Positions 1-11,503 of a stretch of 37,954 nt of DNA are shown here, one piece after another; the first letter of the stretch is position 1, and each line of letters begins with the position of its first letter. Position numbers and translations under genes: made by a program. The notes under the pieces were generated by a model. The model was not told the DNA's origin, searched no databases, and worked only from the letters and a program-made list of their open reading frames with translations. Source of the stretch: Candidatus Lindowbacteria bacterium RIFCSPLOWO2_12_FULL_62_27 (GTDB taxonomy: Bacteria > Lindowbacteria > 2-12-FULL-62-27); NCBI GenBank assembly GCA_001784175.1, contig MFPR01000028.1, positions 1 through 37,954 of the forward strand, read 5' to 3'.

Positions 1-1
1 T

Positions 2-3000
2 CACGGCCCTTCGTCCGGACTTCCGCGGGTGTATGACATTGCGCTGGAGACGATCGCGCACGGCGATGGACGGGTGGACCCGGAAAGCCTTCTCCGTTTC
101 GTCGCGTCCTACCAGTCGGTCACCGCCCTCAAGTTGGGCGAATTGTGGGCCATCCCCATCATGCTGCGCCTGGCCTTGATCGAGAATCTCCGGCGCGTTG
201 CCGCCCGCACCGCCGCCGGCAGGATCGACCGAAACCTGGCCGATTCCTGGGCGAACCGGATGACAGAGATCGCCGAGAAGGATCCGAAGAACCTGATTCT
301 GGCGATCGCGGACATGGCGCGTTCGAGCCCGCCGATGACGACCCCGTTCGTTTCGGAATTGGTACGCCGCTTGCAAGGACAAAGCCACGCACTGGCATTG
401 CCGCTGACCTGGATTGAGCAACGACTCGCCGAATCGAACCTGACGATCGAACAATTGGTGCAGTCGGGTAATCAACAACAGGCTGCGGACCAGGTTTCCA
501 TCAGCAACAGCATCGGCAGTCTCCGATTTCTGGGGTCGATGGATTGGCGCGAGTTCGTCGAAACGATGAGCGTTGTCGAGCAGACGTTGCGTGAAGATCC
601 GGCCGGCGCCTACGGCGAGATGGATTTTGCCACCCGGGATCGATACCGTCATGTCATAGAAAGGATCGCGAGGCACAGCGGCCTGTCCGAAGTCGATGTG
701 GCGCGCAAAGCGATCGATCAGGCGCGCGCGAGCGCGGCCGTGAAAGGCGTCGACTTTCGAAGGACGCATGTAGGGTTTTACCTGATTGACCGTGGATTGC
801 CTCTGCTCGAACGATCGGCGGGGATACGCCTTTCCACCTCCGAGGCGCTCCGCAGAACGGTCGGCCGGGTTCCATTGCTCCTGTACGTGGGCGCGATCAT
901 GCTGATCACGCTGGTCCTCACCGGGGCTCTGTTGATGCATGCGCGCTCCAGCGGCAGGCCGGATTGGGCGTTCATGTTGCTGGGTGTCCTCGCGGCGCTA
1001 TCCACCGGTCATCTGGCGGTTGCGCTGGTAAACTGGCTGGCGACGTTGCTGGTGCCGCCGCATCCGCTGCCGCGAATGGATTTTTCCAGGGGAATTCCGC
1101 CGGACTGCCGCACTCTGGTGATACTCCCGACGATGCTCACCCGTGTTCAGAATATCGAGGATCTGATCGAGGCGCTGGAAGTCCGGTTCCTGGCCAATCG
1201 GGACGACAACCTGCACTTCGGCTTGCTGACGGATTTTCCGGACGCGGCCGAGGAAACACTGCCGGGGGACGATCCGCTGTTGCGCCTGGCCGAAACGCGG
1301 ATCAAAAAACTGAATGAAAAGTACCGGGGCGCGGCCGGCGACACGTTCTTCCTTTTCCATCGCCCGCGCCGCTGGAATCCGCGGGACCGGATTTGGATGG
1401 GCTACGAGCGCAAGCGCGGGAAGCTGGCGGAACTGAATTCTTTTCTGCGCGGCGGATCAAAAGATCGCTTCTCGCTGGTCGTCGGCAAGACCGATGTTTT
1501 ATCGAACGTGAAATATGTCATTACTCTTGACACGGACACGCAACTTTCGCGCGACTGCGCGCGGCAGTTTGTGGGAGCCATGGCGCACCCGCTGAATCGC
1601 GCGCGGTACGACGAAGACAAGCAACGTGTCTGTGAGGGCTACGGCATCCTGCAACCCCGCGTGAGCGCGAGTTTGCCGGGCACGAACCGTTCGCGGTATG
1701 CGCAACTGTACGGGGGCGATTCGGGTATCGACCCGTATACGCGCGCCGTCTCCGACGTTTACCAGGACGTGTTCCAGGAAGGCTCGTTCATCGGCAAGGG
1801 GATCTACGACATCGATGTATTCGAGCGGTCACTCAAGGATCGATTTCCCGAGAACCGAATTCTCAGCCACGATTTGCTCGAAGGCTGTTACGCGCGGGCG
1901 GGTCTGTTGAGCGACGTACAATTGTACGATGACTATCCCGCTCGCTACAGCACGGACGTGAGCCGCCGGCACCGCTGGATTCGCGGGGACTGGCAGATCG
2001 CGCGCTGGCTGTGGCGGGACGTTCCCAAACTTGAGGAACACAGCCGTCAGAAGAATCCACTCTCGGCGCTGTCGCAATGGAAGATTCTCGATAACCTGCG
2101 TCGGAGTTTCGCGCCGGCGGCGTTGACACTCCTGTTGGTACTGGGCTGGACGGTCTTGTCGCCGATCCGGATTTGGACCTTCTCGGTGATCGGAATCATC
2201 CTGATTCCGCCCTTGCTTGCCTCTATTCTGGAAATTCTCCATAAGCCGAGCGATGTAATTTGGGGCCGGCATCTCGCCGCCGCCGTATACTCCGCGGGCC
2301 GGCGATTCGCCCAGGCGGTTTTTACACTCGCGTGTCTTCCCTATGAGGCGTTCTTCAGTCTGGATGCGATTGCGCGCTCGATTGGGCGGATGCTGGTCAC
2401 ACACAGGAGACTGCTCGAATGGAATCCATCGAACGAATCGGAACATGACGTGCGCACGGACCTCATTGCCTCTTTCCGGTCGATGTGGATCGCTCCGGTT
2501 ATCGCCGTGGCAGCAACGATCCATCTCTTGGTTTCGGCGCCGGCTGCGCTGGCCGTGGCCGGGCCCATCTTGTTTCTCTGGTTTGCCTCCCCCGCCATCG
2601 CCTGGTGGATCAGCCGGCCGCTCGTTCGCCGCGAAGCGAAACTGACGGCGGGCCAAACTCTCTTTCTCCGGAAACTTTCACGCAAGACCTGGGCATTCTT
2701 CGAAACCCTCGTCGGCCCGGAAGACCATTGGCTGCCGCCGGATAATTATCAGGAGAATCCCGTTGCCGCCGTTGCGCATCGCACGTCGCCGACCAACATG
2801 GGGCTGGCTCTGCTCGCGAATCTGTCCGCGTACGACTTCGGTTACATTTCGGCCGGACAGCTCATCGAGCGCACGACGAATGCGTTGCATACGATGGAGG
2901 GCATGGAACGGCACCGCGGCCATTTCTACAACTGGTACGACACGCTTTCGCTCAAACCGCTGAACCCCGCCTACATTTCGTCGGTGGACAGCGGGAACCT

Positions 3001-6000
3001 CGCGGGTCATCTGCTGACATTGCGTCCGGGTCTGCTCGCACTACCCGATCGCCCGATCCTGGAGGCGCGATGGTTTGACGGGCTGCGCGATACGCTGGGG
3101 ATTCTGGTGGATGCAGTGGGAGGCGACACGCCAAATTTGCTCGCGCAATTTCAGAAGGATGTGGAGTCTGCCTGCGATTCCCGCCCAACTACGCTCGCGA
3201 CGGCACGGCTCACTCTTGACCGGCTGGCAGCGCGGGCGGAGGAGTTGGCTCTCAGCCTCGACACTGCCCCCAAGACCGACGCGAGTTGGTGGGCGCAGGC
3301 GCTGGCCCGGCAATGCCATAGCGCCCTCGAAGAGCTGACGTTTCTCGCCGACTTCCCCGGCAACGGCGAAATCCCCACGCTACGCGAGCTGGCAAGACTC
3401 GATACACAGGCAGGCGAAGCCGCTCGTGCGCGGATGGCGGTTATCGAACGCCTGGCGCTGCAATCAAGCGAACTTGCGCGCATGGAGTATGACTTCCTGC
3501 ATGACAAGGAGAACCATCTATTGGCCATCGGGTATAACGTGGATGATCGCCGGCGGGATTCGAATGACTACGATCTGATGGCGTCGGAAGCGAGATTCTC
3601 CGCTTTCGTGGCGATTGCGCAGGGACAGGTGCCGCAGGAGAGCTGGTTTGCCCTCGGGCGTCAGCTCACGACCGCCGGCGGCTCGCCGGTTCTGCTTTCG
3701 TGGGGCGGTTCGATGTTCGAGTATCTCATGCCGCTTTTGGTGATGCCGACCTACGAAAACACTCTGCTCGACCAGACCTGTAAGGCGGCGGTGGAACGGC
3801 AGATCGAGTATGGGGTACAGCGTGGCGTGCCGTGGGGCATATCGGAATCAGGCTACAACACGGTCGACGTTCATTCCAACTACCAGTACCGCGCATTCGG
3901 TGTGCCCGGCATGGGGCTCAAACGCGGACTCGCCGAGGACCTGGTCATTGCGCCGTATGCTTCGGCGCTTGCGTTGATGGTGGCGCCCGAGGCGGCGTGT
4001 CTGAATCTCCAGCGACTCGCCGCCGAGGGGCTCGAAGGAAAATTCGGCTTGTATGAATCCATCGACTACACCCCTTCACGTCAACGGCCCGGGGAATCGA
4101 GCGCGCTGGTTCAGTCCTTCATGGCCCATCACCAGGGCATGAGTTTGCTGTCTTACGCCTACCTGATCCTGGATCGTCCGATGCAGAAGCGGTTCGAGTC
4201 GGACCCGCAGTTCCAGGCGACGCTGATGTTGCTCCAGGAGCGGATTCCCAAGACCATGGCGTTCTATTCGCACGCAGTCCAGGTTTCCGACATTCGCGCA
4301 TCTTCCGGCGGTGCCGAGACGCCTGTACGCGTACTGGACAGCCCCGACACGCCGATACCGGAAGTGCAGTTGTTGTCGAACGGCCGATACCACGTGATGG
4401 TCACGAACGCGGGCGGCGGATACAGTCAGTGGAAGAACCTCGCCGTTACCCGCTGGCGAGAAGACAGCACCTGCGACAACTGGGGCACGTTCTGTTACAT
4501 CCGCGACGTGTCAAGCGGGGAGTTCTGGTCAACCGCCCATCAGCCGACGCTCAAACGAGCGGGGACCTACGAAGCGATTTTCTCGGAGGGTCGGGCGGAG
4601 TTTCGCCGCCGCGACAACCATTTCGACAGCCATACCGAGATCGTGGTTTCGCCGGAAGATGACATCGAACTGCGCCGCGTCCATATCACCAACCGGTCCC
4701 GAACACCGAGAACGATTGACGTGACGAGTTACGCGGAGGTGGTTCTTGCGCCGTCGGACGCGGACGCGCTGCACCCGGCGTTCAGTAATCTTTTTCTTCA
4801 GACCGAGATTGTCGACCCGCGCCGGGCGATCCTCTGTACTCGCCGGCCCCGCTCCCGCGATGAGCCGGCGCCATGGATGTTTCACCTGATGGCCGTGCAC
4901 GGGGCCGCGGGGCGCATCGGAGAGATCTCCTACGAGACCGACCGCATGCGGTTTATCGGCCGCGGAAACACGGTCGCCACGCCCCAGGCCCTGAACGGTT
5001 CCGCTGCGCTCTCGGGAAGTCAGGGATCGGTGCTGGATCCGATTGTCGCCATCCGCCATCGCATCACAATCGAGCCGGACGAATCGGCAGCGATCGATAT
5101 CGTTTCCGGCGTCGGCGAAACCCGCGACGCCGCATTGAGCCTGGTCGATAAATACCAGGATCGGCGGATCGCGGATCGCGTCCTGGAACTGGCATGGACC
5201 CACGCCCAAGTGGTGCTGCGGCAGATCAATGCCACCGAGGCCGACGCGCAACTCTATGCGGGCCTGGCCGGATCTGTCATCTACGCCAATTCCTCGTTGC
5301 GCGCCGACTCCGCCATCCTCATTAAAAACCGCCGCGGGCAATCCGGCCTGTGGGGCTATGCCATTTCCGGCGATTTGCCGATCGTCCTCCTGCAGATCGC
5401 CGACCCGGCCAATATCGATCTGGTACGCCAACTGGTACAGGCCCACGCGTACTGGCGCTTGAAGGGGCTGGCCGTGGACCTGGTGATCTGGAACGAAGAC
5501 CGTGCCGGGTACCGGCAACTGCTCCAGGATCAAATCATGGGGCTGATTGCCGCGGGCGTCGAAGCGCAGGTGATCGATCGCCGAGGCGGCATCTTCGTGC
5601 GGCCGGCGGAGCAGATTTCGGCCGAAGACCGCATCCTGCTGCAATCGGTCGCGCGCGCCATTTTCACCGACAGCCGGGGAACGCTGGCGGAACAGATCGA
5701 CCGTCGCGGCCCGGCGGAAGTGCGAGTTCCGCGTCTCAAACCGACCCGAATCCACCGCGCCGAAATTCCAGCCGCCACCGGGTTGCCGCGCCGCGATCTC
5801 ACCCTCTTCAATGGACTGGGAGGATTTACCCGTGACGGGCGCGAATACGTCATCCAGACCTCGCCCGGGCAGGTGACGCCGGCGCCGTGGGCGAACGTGC
5901 TTGCGAATCCGCACTTTGGAACCGTCATCTCGGAAAACGGCCAAGCCTATACCTGGAGCGAGAACGCCCACGAATTCCGTCTCACCCCCTGGCACAACGA

Positions 6001-8275
6001 CCCGGTGAGCGATGCCGGCGGAGAAGTCTTTTACCTGCGTGACGAAGACAGCGGCCATTTCTGGTCTCCCACGCCGTTGCCCAGCCGCGGAGCCGGTTAT
6101 TACGTGACCCGCCATGGGTTCGGCTACAGCGTCTTCGAGCATACCGAGGGCGGCATTCGCTCGGAGCTGACGGTTTACGTGGCCGTGGACGCGGCGATCA
6201 AGTTCGCGGCGCTGAAAGTGCGCAACGAGTCGGGCCGGCCGCGCAGGCTCTGCGCGACCGGTTATGTGGAGTGGGTGCTGGGAGATTTGCGGCCGAAATC
6301 GGCCATGCACGTGACCACCGAAATTGACCCCAGCAGCGGAGCGCTTTACGCGCGCAATCCCTACAGCACGGAGTTCTCCGATCGCGTGGCGTTTTTCGAC
6401 GTCGACGACGCGACTCGCACGACCAGTTGCGACCGCACTGAATTCGTCGGGCGTAACGGCACGCTCAAGAATCCGGCCGCGATGAATCGCGTGCGTCTTT
6501 CCGGCAAAGTAGGAGTGGCGCTCGATCCCTGCGCCGCGATCCAGGTCGGTTTCGAGCTGGCAGCCGGACAAGAGCGTGAGATTATATTCAGACTTGGCGT
6601 CGGGCAGGATGCCCGGGCGACCGGCAACCTGGTGCAACGATTCCGGGGACCCACGGCCGCGCGTGGCGCGCTCGACGCGGTGCATCAATACTGGAATCAC
6701 ACGCTCGGCGCCGTGCAGGTGGAAACACCCGACCCGTCGCTCAATATGCTGACCAACGGCTGGCTTTTGTACCAGACGCTGGCATGCCGTCTTTGGGCGC
6801 GCAGCGGATACTACCAATCGGGGGGCGCATTCGGCTTTCGCGACCAATTGCAAGACGTGATGGCGCTGATCCACGCCGAGCCGCAATGCGTGCGCAAGCA
6901 GCTGCTCCTGTGCGCGAGCAGGCAGTATCAGGAAGGTGATGTCCAGCATTGGTGGCATCCGCCGGCGGGCCGGGGCGTGCGAACGCATTGTTCGGATGAT
7001 TACCTCTGGCTGCCGTTGGCGGTGTGCCGTTATGTTCTGACGACAGGCGACACCGGGGTACTGAATGAATCCGTTCACTTCCTCGAAGGCCGCCCGGTCA
7101 ACGCCGAGGACGACTCTTATTATGATCTACCCGGCCGTTCCGGCGAGGTGGCCAGCCTGTACCAGCACTGTGTGCGAGCCATCCAGACAGGACTCCGATT
7201 TGGTGAACACGGCCTGCCGCTCATGGGCACCGGTGACTGGAACGACGGCATGAATCTGGTGGGAAATAACGGTAAAGGCGAAAGTGTCTGGTTGGGATTC
7301 TTCCTGCATACCGTGCTCACGCAGTTCACGGCGGTGGCGCGTTTGCAGGGTGACTCATCCTTCGCCGGGCGTTGCGAAGATGCGGCGCTTCGGCTGCGCC
7401 AGAACATCGAACAGCATGGCTGGGATGGCGGGTGGTACCGCCGCGCTTACTTCGACGACGGCACGCCACTGGGATCGGCAGCCAACCCCGAGTGCCAGAT
7501 TGATTCGATTTCGCAGAGCTGGGCGGTTCTATCCGGGGCGGGCGATGTCCAGCGCGCGAGGCAGGCCATGGAAGCGATGGATCAGCGCCTCGTGCGCNNN
7601 NNNNNGCAGGCCATGGAAGCGATGGATCAGCGCCTCGTGCGCCGGGACCATGCATTGATCCAACTATTGGATCCGCCGTTCGACAAGTCGCCGTTGAATC
7701 CCGGCTATATAAAAGGATATGTCCCGGGCGTGCGCGAGAACGGCGGGCAGTACACGCATGCGGCGATCTGGGCGGCCATGGCGTTTGCCCGATTAGGCGA
7801 CAGCCGGCGCGCCTGGGAACTGTTGGCCATGATCAACCCGGTAAAGCACGGAACAACTCCGGAAGCGGTGGCAACCTACAAAGTCGAGCCCTACGTTGCC
7901 GCCGCCGATGTCTATGCGCTCGCACCGCACACCGGCCGCGGTGGATGGACCTGGTACACGGGTTCGGCCGGCTGGATGTATCGGCTGATCGTGGAATCTC
8001 TCCTGGGCTTGAGGCTGGAAGTGGACAAACTGCATTTCGACCCGTGCCTCCCGGCGGATTGGAATGTGTTCAAGATGCACTACCGGTATCGGGAGACGGT
8101 CTACCACATCGTCGTCACGCAAACTCACGCCCGTGACGATGACAAGATCGGCGGGATGCGTGTAACGGTTGACGGTGTTGAACGACCCGACAAGGCCATT
8201 GCTCTGGTCGATGACCGTCAGGAACACCTGGTCGAGGTGCGCGTCGACGCCGCCGGCCGCGCGGCGGCGCGATAG
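2..8275 (+). CDS. ndvB: Cyclic beta-1,2-glucan synthase (Cgs/ChvB/NdvB type: GT84 synthase, TM region, glucoamylase-like region, C-terminal GH94 phosphorylase); 5'-truncated by the window edge
   Basis: Motifs GELWAIPIMLRLALIENLRR, MDFATRDRYRH, GYERKRGKL, TLDTDT, SHDLLEG, RRHRWIRGDWQ, SWGGSMFEYLMP, YQSGGAFGFRDQLQD, GDWNDGMN, RENGGQYTH and WYTGSAGW. The frame is open back to base 2 (HGPSSGLPRVYDIA), so the real start lies upstream. Contains an N gap at 7598-7605. Confidence 0.95.
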   Translation, partial: HGPSSGLPRVYDIALETIAHGDGRVDPESLLRFVASYQSVTALKLGELWAIPIMLRLALIENLRRVAARTAAGRIDRNLADSWANRMTEIAEKDPKNLILAIADMARSSPPMTTPFVSELVRRLQGQSHALALPLTWIEQRLAESNLTIEQLVQSGNQQQAADQVSISNSIGSLRFLGSMDWREFVETMSVVEQTLREDPAGAYGEMDFATRDRYRHVIERIARHSGLSEVDVARKAIDQARASAAVKGVDFRRTHVGFYLIDRGLPLLERSAGIRLSTSEALRRTVGRVPLLLYVGAIMLITLVLTGALLMHARSSGRPDWAFMLLGVLAALSTGHLAVALVNWLATLLVPPHPLPRMDFSRGIPPDCRTLVILPTMLTRVQNIEDLIEALEVRFLANRDDNLHFGLLTDFPDAAEETLPGDDPLLRLAETRIKKLNEKYRGAAGDTFFLFHRPRRWNPRDRIWMGYERKRGKLAELNSFLRGGSKDRFSLVVGKTDVLSNVKYVITLDTDTQLSRDCARQFVGAMAHPLNRARYDEDKQRVCEGYGILQPRVSASLPGTNRSRYAQLYGGDSGIDPYTRAVSDVYQDVFQEGSFIGKGIYDIDVFERSLKDRFPENRILSHDLLEGCYARAGLLSDVQLYDDYPARYSTDVSRRHRWIRGDWQIARWLWRDVPKLEEHSRQKNPLSALSQWKILDNLRRSFAPAALTLLLVLGWTVLSPIRIWTFSVIGIILIPPLLASILEILHKPSDVIWGRHLAAAVYSAGRRFAQAVFTLACLPYEAFFSLDAIARSIGRMLVTHRRLLEWNPSNESEHDVRTDLIASFRSMWIAPVIAVAATIHLLVSAPAALAVAGPILFLWFASPAIAWWISRPLVRREAKLTAGQTLFLRKLSRKTWAFFETLVGPEDHWLPPDNYQENPVAAVAHRTSPTNMGLALLANLSAYDFGYISAGQLIERTTNALHTMEGMERHRGHFYNWYDTLSLKPLNPAYISSVDSGNLAGHLLTLRPGLLALPDRPILEARWFDGLRDTLGILVDAVGGDTPNLLAQFQKDVESACDSRPTTLATARLTLDRLAARAEELALSLDTAPKTDASWWAQALARQCHSALEELTFLADFPGNGEIPTLRELARLDTQAGEAARARMAVIERLALQSSELARMEYDFLHDKENHLLAIGYNVDDRRRDSNDYDLMASEARFSAFVAIAQGQVPQESWFALGRQLTTAGGSPVLLSWGGSMFEYLMPLLVMPTYENTLLDQTCKAAVERQIEYGVQRGVPWGISESGYNTVDVHSNYQYRAFGVPGMGLKRGLAEDLVIAPYASALALMVAPEAACLNLQRLAAEGLEGKFGLYESIDYTPSRQRPGESSALVQSFMAHHQGMSLLSYAYLILDRPMQKRFESDPQFQATLMLLQERIPKTMAFYSHAVQVSDIRASSGGAETPVRVLDSPDTPIPEVQLLSNGRYHVMVTNAGGGYSQWKNLAVTRWREDSTCDNWGTFCYIRDVSSGEFWSTAHQPTLKRAGTYEAIFSEGRAEFRRRDNHFDSHTEIVVSPEDDIELRRVHITNRSRTPRTIDVTSYAEVVLAPSDADALHPAFSNLFLQTEIVDPRRAILCTRRPRSRDEPAPWMFHLMAVHGAAGRIGEISYETDRMRFIGRGNTVATPQALNGSAALSGSQGSVLDPIVAIRHRITIEPDESAAIDIVSGVGETRDAALSLVDKYQDRRIADRVLELAWTHAQVVLRQINATEADAQLYAGLAGSVIYANSSLRADSAILIKNRRGQSGLWGYAISGDLPIVLLQIADPANIDLVRQLVQAHAYWRLKGLAVDLVIWNEDRAGYRQLLQDQIMGLIAAGVEAQVIDRRGGIFVRPAEQISAEDRILLQSVARAIFTDSRGTLAEQIDRRGPAEVRVPRLKPTRIHRAEIPAATGLPRRDLTLFNGLGGFTRDGREYVIQTSPGQVTPAPWANVLANPHFGTVISENGQAYTWSENAHEFRLTPWHNDPVSDAGGEVFYLRDEDSGHFWSPTPLPSRGAGYYVTRHGFGYSVFEHTEGGIRSELTVYVAVDAAIKFAALKVRNESGRPRRLCATGYVEWVLGDLRPKSAMHVTTEIDPSSGALYARNPYSTEFSDRVAFFDVDDATRTTSCDRTEFVGRNGTLKNPAAMNRVRLSGKVGVALDPCAAIQVGFELAAGQEREIIFRLGVGQDARATGNLVQRFRGPTAARGALDAVHQYWNHTLGAVQVETPDPSLNMLTNGWLLYQTLACRLWARSGYYQSGGAFGFRDQLQDVMALIHAEPQCVRKQLLLCASRQYQEGDVQHWWHPPAGRGVRTHCSDDYLWLPLAVCRYVLTTGDTGVLNESVHFLEGRPVNAEDDSYYDLPGRSGEVASLYQHCVRAIQTGLRFGEHGLPLMGTGDWNDGMNLVGNNGKGESVWLGFFLHTVLTQFTAVARLQGDSSFAGRCEDAALRLRQNIEQHGWDGGWYRRAYFDDGTPLGSAANPECQIDSISQSWAVLSGAGDVQRARQAMEAMDQRLVRXXXQAMEAMDQRLVRRDHALIQLLDPPFDKSPLNPGYIKGYVPGVRENGGQYTHAAIWAAMAFARLGDSRRAWELLAMINPVKHGTTPEAVATYKVEPYVAAADVYALAPHTGRGGWTWYTGSAGWMYRLIVESLLGLRLEVDKLHFDPCLPADWNVFKMHYRYRETVYHIVVTQTHARDDDKIGGMRVTVDGVERPDKAIALVDDRQEHLVEVRVDAAGRAAAR
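7561..7642. other. Scaffold gap (8 N) flanked by an exact 37-bp duplication; assembly artefact
   Basis: gcaggccatggaagcgatggatcagcgcctcgtgcgc occurs at 7561-7597 and again at 7606-7642. Removing 45 nt keeps the frame. Confidence 0.9.
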
Positions 8276-8390
8276 GTCGCGCCGGGGCGCCGAGTTATAG
8301 GAACTTCCCTGATGGAAGATTGAGCGGTTGCCCCGATTGCGGGGTGACTGACCCAAGTGGATAATATGATTACGGGAAAGGGCGGATCTC

Positions 8391-11030
8391 ATGAATCTTG
8401 ACCGGTTTACCCAAAAGGCGCAAGAAGCCGTGGCGGCAGCCCAGCAGCTGACCATGGAATTCAACCACTCGCAGATCGAGCCGGAACACATTCTGGCGGC
8501 CCTGCTTCGTCAGCCGGACGGCGTGGTCCCGCAAATTTTTTCGCGGATCGGTAATTTGAATGTGATCCAAAACGAAATCGAATCCGATCTCCAGTCCAGG
8601 CCCAAGGTTCTGGGCGCGCCCGAGACGCCGGGATTATCCCGCGCCGCGGCGGACGCGTTGACAGCGGCCGAACGGGAAGCCCAGGCGATGAGAGATGAAT
8701 ATGTCTCGACCGAACATGCCTTGCTGGCCTTGCTCGATACGGTCCGGACCACAAAAGCCGGCAAGGCCGTCACCAAGGAATCCATCCTCAAGACCCTCAG
8801 TTCCATTCGAGGATCCCAACGGGTCACATCGGCCAATCCTGAGTCGACCTACGCCGCGCTTGAAAAATACGGCCGGGATCTGACCCAACTGGCCCGGCAG
8901 GGCAAACTCGATCCGGTCATCGGCCGCGACGAGGAGATCCGCCGGGTGATCCAGATCCTCTCTCGCCGAACGAAGAACAATCCGGCGCTGGTCGGCGAGC
9001 CGGGCGTGGGCAAGACCGCAGTCGCGGAAGGGCTGGCCCAGCGGATGGTGACCGGCGACGTTCCGGAAGGATTGAAAAACAAGCGACTCGTCGCGCTGGA
9101 CATGGGAGCGCTCGTCGCCGGCGCCAAGTTCCGGGGAGAATTCGAAGAGAGGCTCAAGGCCGTCCTCAAAGAGGTGGCGGATGCCAACGGGCAGGTCGTT
9201 CTTTTCGTGGATGAACTCCACACAGTCGTCGGCGCCGGTAAAGTCGAAGGCGCGATGGACGCGGGCAACATGCTCAAGCCCATGCTCGCGCGCGGCGAAC
9301 TGCACCTCATCGGCGCGACGACGCTGGACGAGTATCGCAAGCACGTTGAAAAGGACGCGGCGTTGGAGCGGCGGTTCCAGCCGGTTCTGATCGATGAGCC
9401 GTCGGTCGATGAAACCATCTCCATTTTGCGCGGCCTCAAGGAGCGTTACGAAATTCATCACGGCGTGCGGATTCAGGATTCGGCGGTGATTGCCGCCGCG
9501 ACGCTGTCCCATCGATACATCTCCGACCGGCGTCTTCCGGACAAGGCCATCGACCTGATCGACGAGGCCGGGGCGCGGCTCCGGACGGAAATCGACTCCA
9601 AACCCCTGCGGCTGGACGAGGTCGACCGGCGGATCATGCAGATGGAGATCGAGCGGGAGGCGTTGAAAAAAGAGAAAGACCGCGCCAGCCGGGAGAGACG
9701 GGAAAAACTGGAAAAGGATATTGCCGATTTGAAGGAGAAATCGAATTCTCTGCGGCTCAAGTGGGAATCAGAAAAACAGGCCATCTCGGAACTGCGGACC
9801 GCCAGGGAAAAAATCGAGCAAACAAAGATCGACGTCGAACAGGCGGAACGCAAAGCCGACTTGGAAGCCGCCGCGCGGCTGAAATACGGAACACTGCGGG
9901 AACTGGAACAACAGTTTGCCGCCGGCGAGGACAAACTCAAAAAACTTCAGGCCGGCGACGGACTCTTGAATGAAGAGGTTGACGCGGAAGATATCGCCCG
10001 GGTGGTGGCAAAATGGACGGGCATTCCGGTTGCGCGGCTGATGGAAGGCGAGGTCGAGAAATTGCTCCACATGGAGGACCGGCTCCGCCGCCGGGTGGTG
10101 GGTCAGCCGGAGGCGGTGGAGGCGGTGTCGAATGCCGTGCGCCGCGCGCGGTCCGGAATGCAGGATCCCCGGCGGCCGATCGGCTCGTTCATTTTCGTCG
10201 GCCCGACGGGCGTCGGCAAAACGGAGCTGGCCCGCGCTCTGGCCGAATTTTTGTTCGATGACGAGCAGTCGATGATCCGGATCGACATGAGCGAGTATCA
10301 GGAAAAACATTCGGTCTCGCGGCTTCTCGGCGCGCCGCCGGGCTATATCGGATACGACGAAGGCGGCCAGCTGACCGAGGCCGTCCGGCGGCGGCCCTAC
10401 AGCGTGGTGTTGTTCGATGAAATCGAAAAAGCCCACCCGGAGGTCTTCAATACGCTTCTTCAGCTTCTGGACGACGGCCGGCTGACCGACGGGCAGGGTC
10501 GAACCGTGGATTTCAAGAACACCGTTGTGATCATGACCAGCAATATCGGAGGGGAACTTTGGAGGCGGGGCGTCGTCGCCGGGGAGGAGGTTCAGAAACT
10601 CCTGCGAGCTCATTTTCGGCCGGAATTTCTAAATCGCATTGACGAAATCGTGGTGTTCCACAACTTGAAGATGGAACATCTGAAGGAGGTCGTGGATATC
10701 CAGATGAACCGCGTGAGAAGCCTGCTGGCCGCCCGAAATCTCAAGTTGGAGATCACGGACAATGCCCGGGAATTTCTCGTCAAGGTGGGGTGGGATCCGG
10801 CCTACGGCGCGCGCCCGCTCAAACGCGCGATCCAGAGGGAACTGCAGGATCCGCTGTCGGTCAAAATTCTGAAAGGCGAGGTCCCGGACGGCGATACCAT
10901 CCGCGTGGATGTCAACGGAAATGGATTAAAGTTTGTCGGCGCGTCGGCCCATGCACAGGGAAGGAAAGAGGCGCAGCTCTCGGAAAAAGACGATCAGGCC
11001 CGCTGGCGAGACGACGGTGGCCAGGGATAG
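8391..11030 (+). CDS. clpB: ATP-dependent chaperone/disaggregase ClpB
   Basis: Clp N-domain; NBD1 GEPGVGKT and LFVDELH; middle coiled coil ([20 protein letters not shown]...AARLKYG); NBD2 [36 protein letters not shown] and YGARPLKR. Confidence 0.97.
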   Translation: MNLDRFTQKAQEAVAAAQQLTMEFNHSQIEPEHILAALLRQPDGVVPQIFSRIGNLNVIQNEIESDLQSRPKVLGAPETPGLSRAAADALTAAEREAQAMRDEYVSTEHALLALLDTVRTTKAGKAVTKESILKTLSSIRGSQRVTSANPESTYAALEKYGRDLTQLARQGKLDPVIGRDEEIRRVIQILSRRTKNNPALVGEPGVGKTAVAEGLAQRMVTGDVPEGLKNKRLVALDMGALVAGAKFRGEFEERLKAVLKEVADANGQVVLFVDELHTVVGAGKVEGAMDAGNMLKPMLARGELHLIGATTLDEYRKHVEKDAALERRFQPVLIDEPSVDETISILRGLKERYEIHHGVRIQDSAVIAAATLSHRYISDRRLPDKAIDLIDEAGARLRTEIDSKPLRLDEVDRRIMQMEIEREALKKEKDRASRERREKLEKDIADLKEKSNSLRLKWESEKQAISELRTAREKIEQTKIDVEQAERKADLEAAARLKYGTLRELEQQFAAGEDKLKKLQAGDGLLNEEVDAEDIARVVAKWTGIPVARLMEGEVEKLLHMEDRLRRRVVGQPEAVEAVSNAVRRARSGMQDPRRPIGSFIFVGPTGVGKTELARALAEFLFDDEQSMIRIDMSEYQEKHSVSRLLGAPPGYIGYDEGGQLTEAVRRRPYSVVLFDEIEKAHPEVFNTLLQLLDDGRLTDGQGRTVDFKNTVVIMTSNIGGELWRRGVVAGEEVQKLLRAHFRPEFLNRIDEIVVFHNLKMEHLKEVVDIQMNRVRSLLAARNLKLEITDNAREFLVKVGWDPAYGARPLKRAIQRELQDPLSVKILKGEVPDGDTIRVDVNGNGLKFVGASAHAQGRKEAQLSEKDDQARWRDDGGQG

Positions 11031-11065
11031 TTCGTCCCGATGGGCAAAAATCGAAGGAGGAAACG

Positions 11066-11485
11066 ATGAAAACAAGAGTGGGGTTGTGGATTGACCACAG
11101 GAAGGCCCATACCATGGGTGTTACGGACAAAGGGGAAGAGACGGGAGTGATCACATCGAACGTTGAAACGCAGTTCCGACGCTCCGGCGATTTAACGTCC
11201 AAGGGTCCCTACGAACCACAGGCGCACAGACCGCCGGATGATACCCGTCAGAGAACGTTTACGGGACATCTCAACATTTTCTACGACAAGGTCATTGCGT
11301 TTATTCGTGATGCCGAATCGATCCTGATATTTGGTCCCGGTGAGGCCAAGGGCGAACTCAAAAAACGTCTGGAGAGGCTAAACCTCGGCCGACGCATCGT
11401 CGGCGTTGAAACGGCCGGCAGGATGACGATTCGTCAGATTGCGACGAAAGTCCGCGGGCACTTTCCCCAATTCGCCCGGCCATAG
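11066..11485 (+). CDS. Small hypothetical protein, eRF1 domain-2-like / host-attachment-like family (139 aa)
   Basis: The RBS AAGGAGG (11054-11060) precedes ATG 11066, so the 10790 start in the ORF track is unlikely. Family-like motifs GLWIDHRKA, ILIFGPGEAK and VGVETAGRMT..QI..KVR.HF. Confidence 0.7.
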   Translation: MKTRVGLWIDHRKAHTMGVTDKGEETGVITSNVETQFRRSGDLTSKGPYEPQAHRPPDDTRQRTFTGHLNIFYDKVIAFIRDAESILIFGPGEAKGELKKRLERLNLGRRIVGVETAGRMTIRQIATKVRGHFPQFARP

Positions 11486-11503
11486 TATTTTGCCGAGTAG
11501 AAG

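Noticed and set aside
7561-7642. Apparent tandem peptide repeat QAMEAMDQRLVR in the glucan synthase
   Set aside because: It is an exact 37-bp duplication around an N gap, typical of an unmerged contig overlap.
8276-8390. Heat-shock operator or terminator upstream of clpB
   Set aside because: I saw no CIRCE (TTAGCACTC-N9-GAGTGCTAA) or clear CtsR repeat. The short hairpins lack a U-tract.
10790-11065. ORF-track N-terminal extensions (10790, 28167, 32921, 33912, 37952 starts)
   Set aside because: They overlap neighbouring genes, repeats or regulatory leaders. Downstream starts are better supported by an RBS, a coupled overlap or family N-termini.
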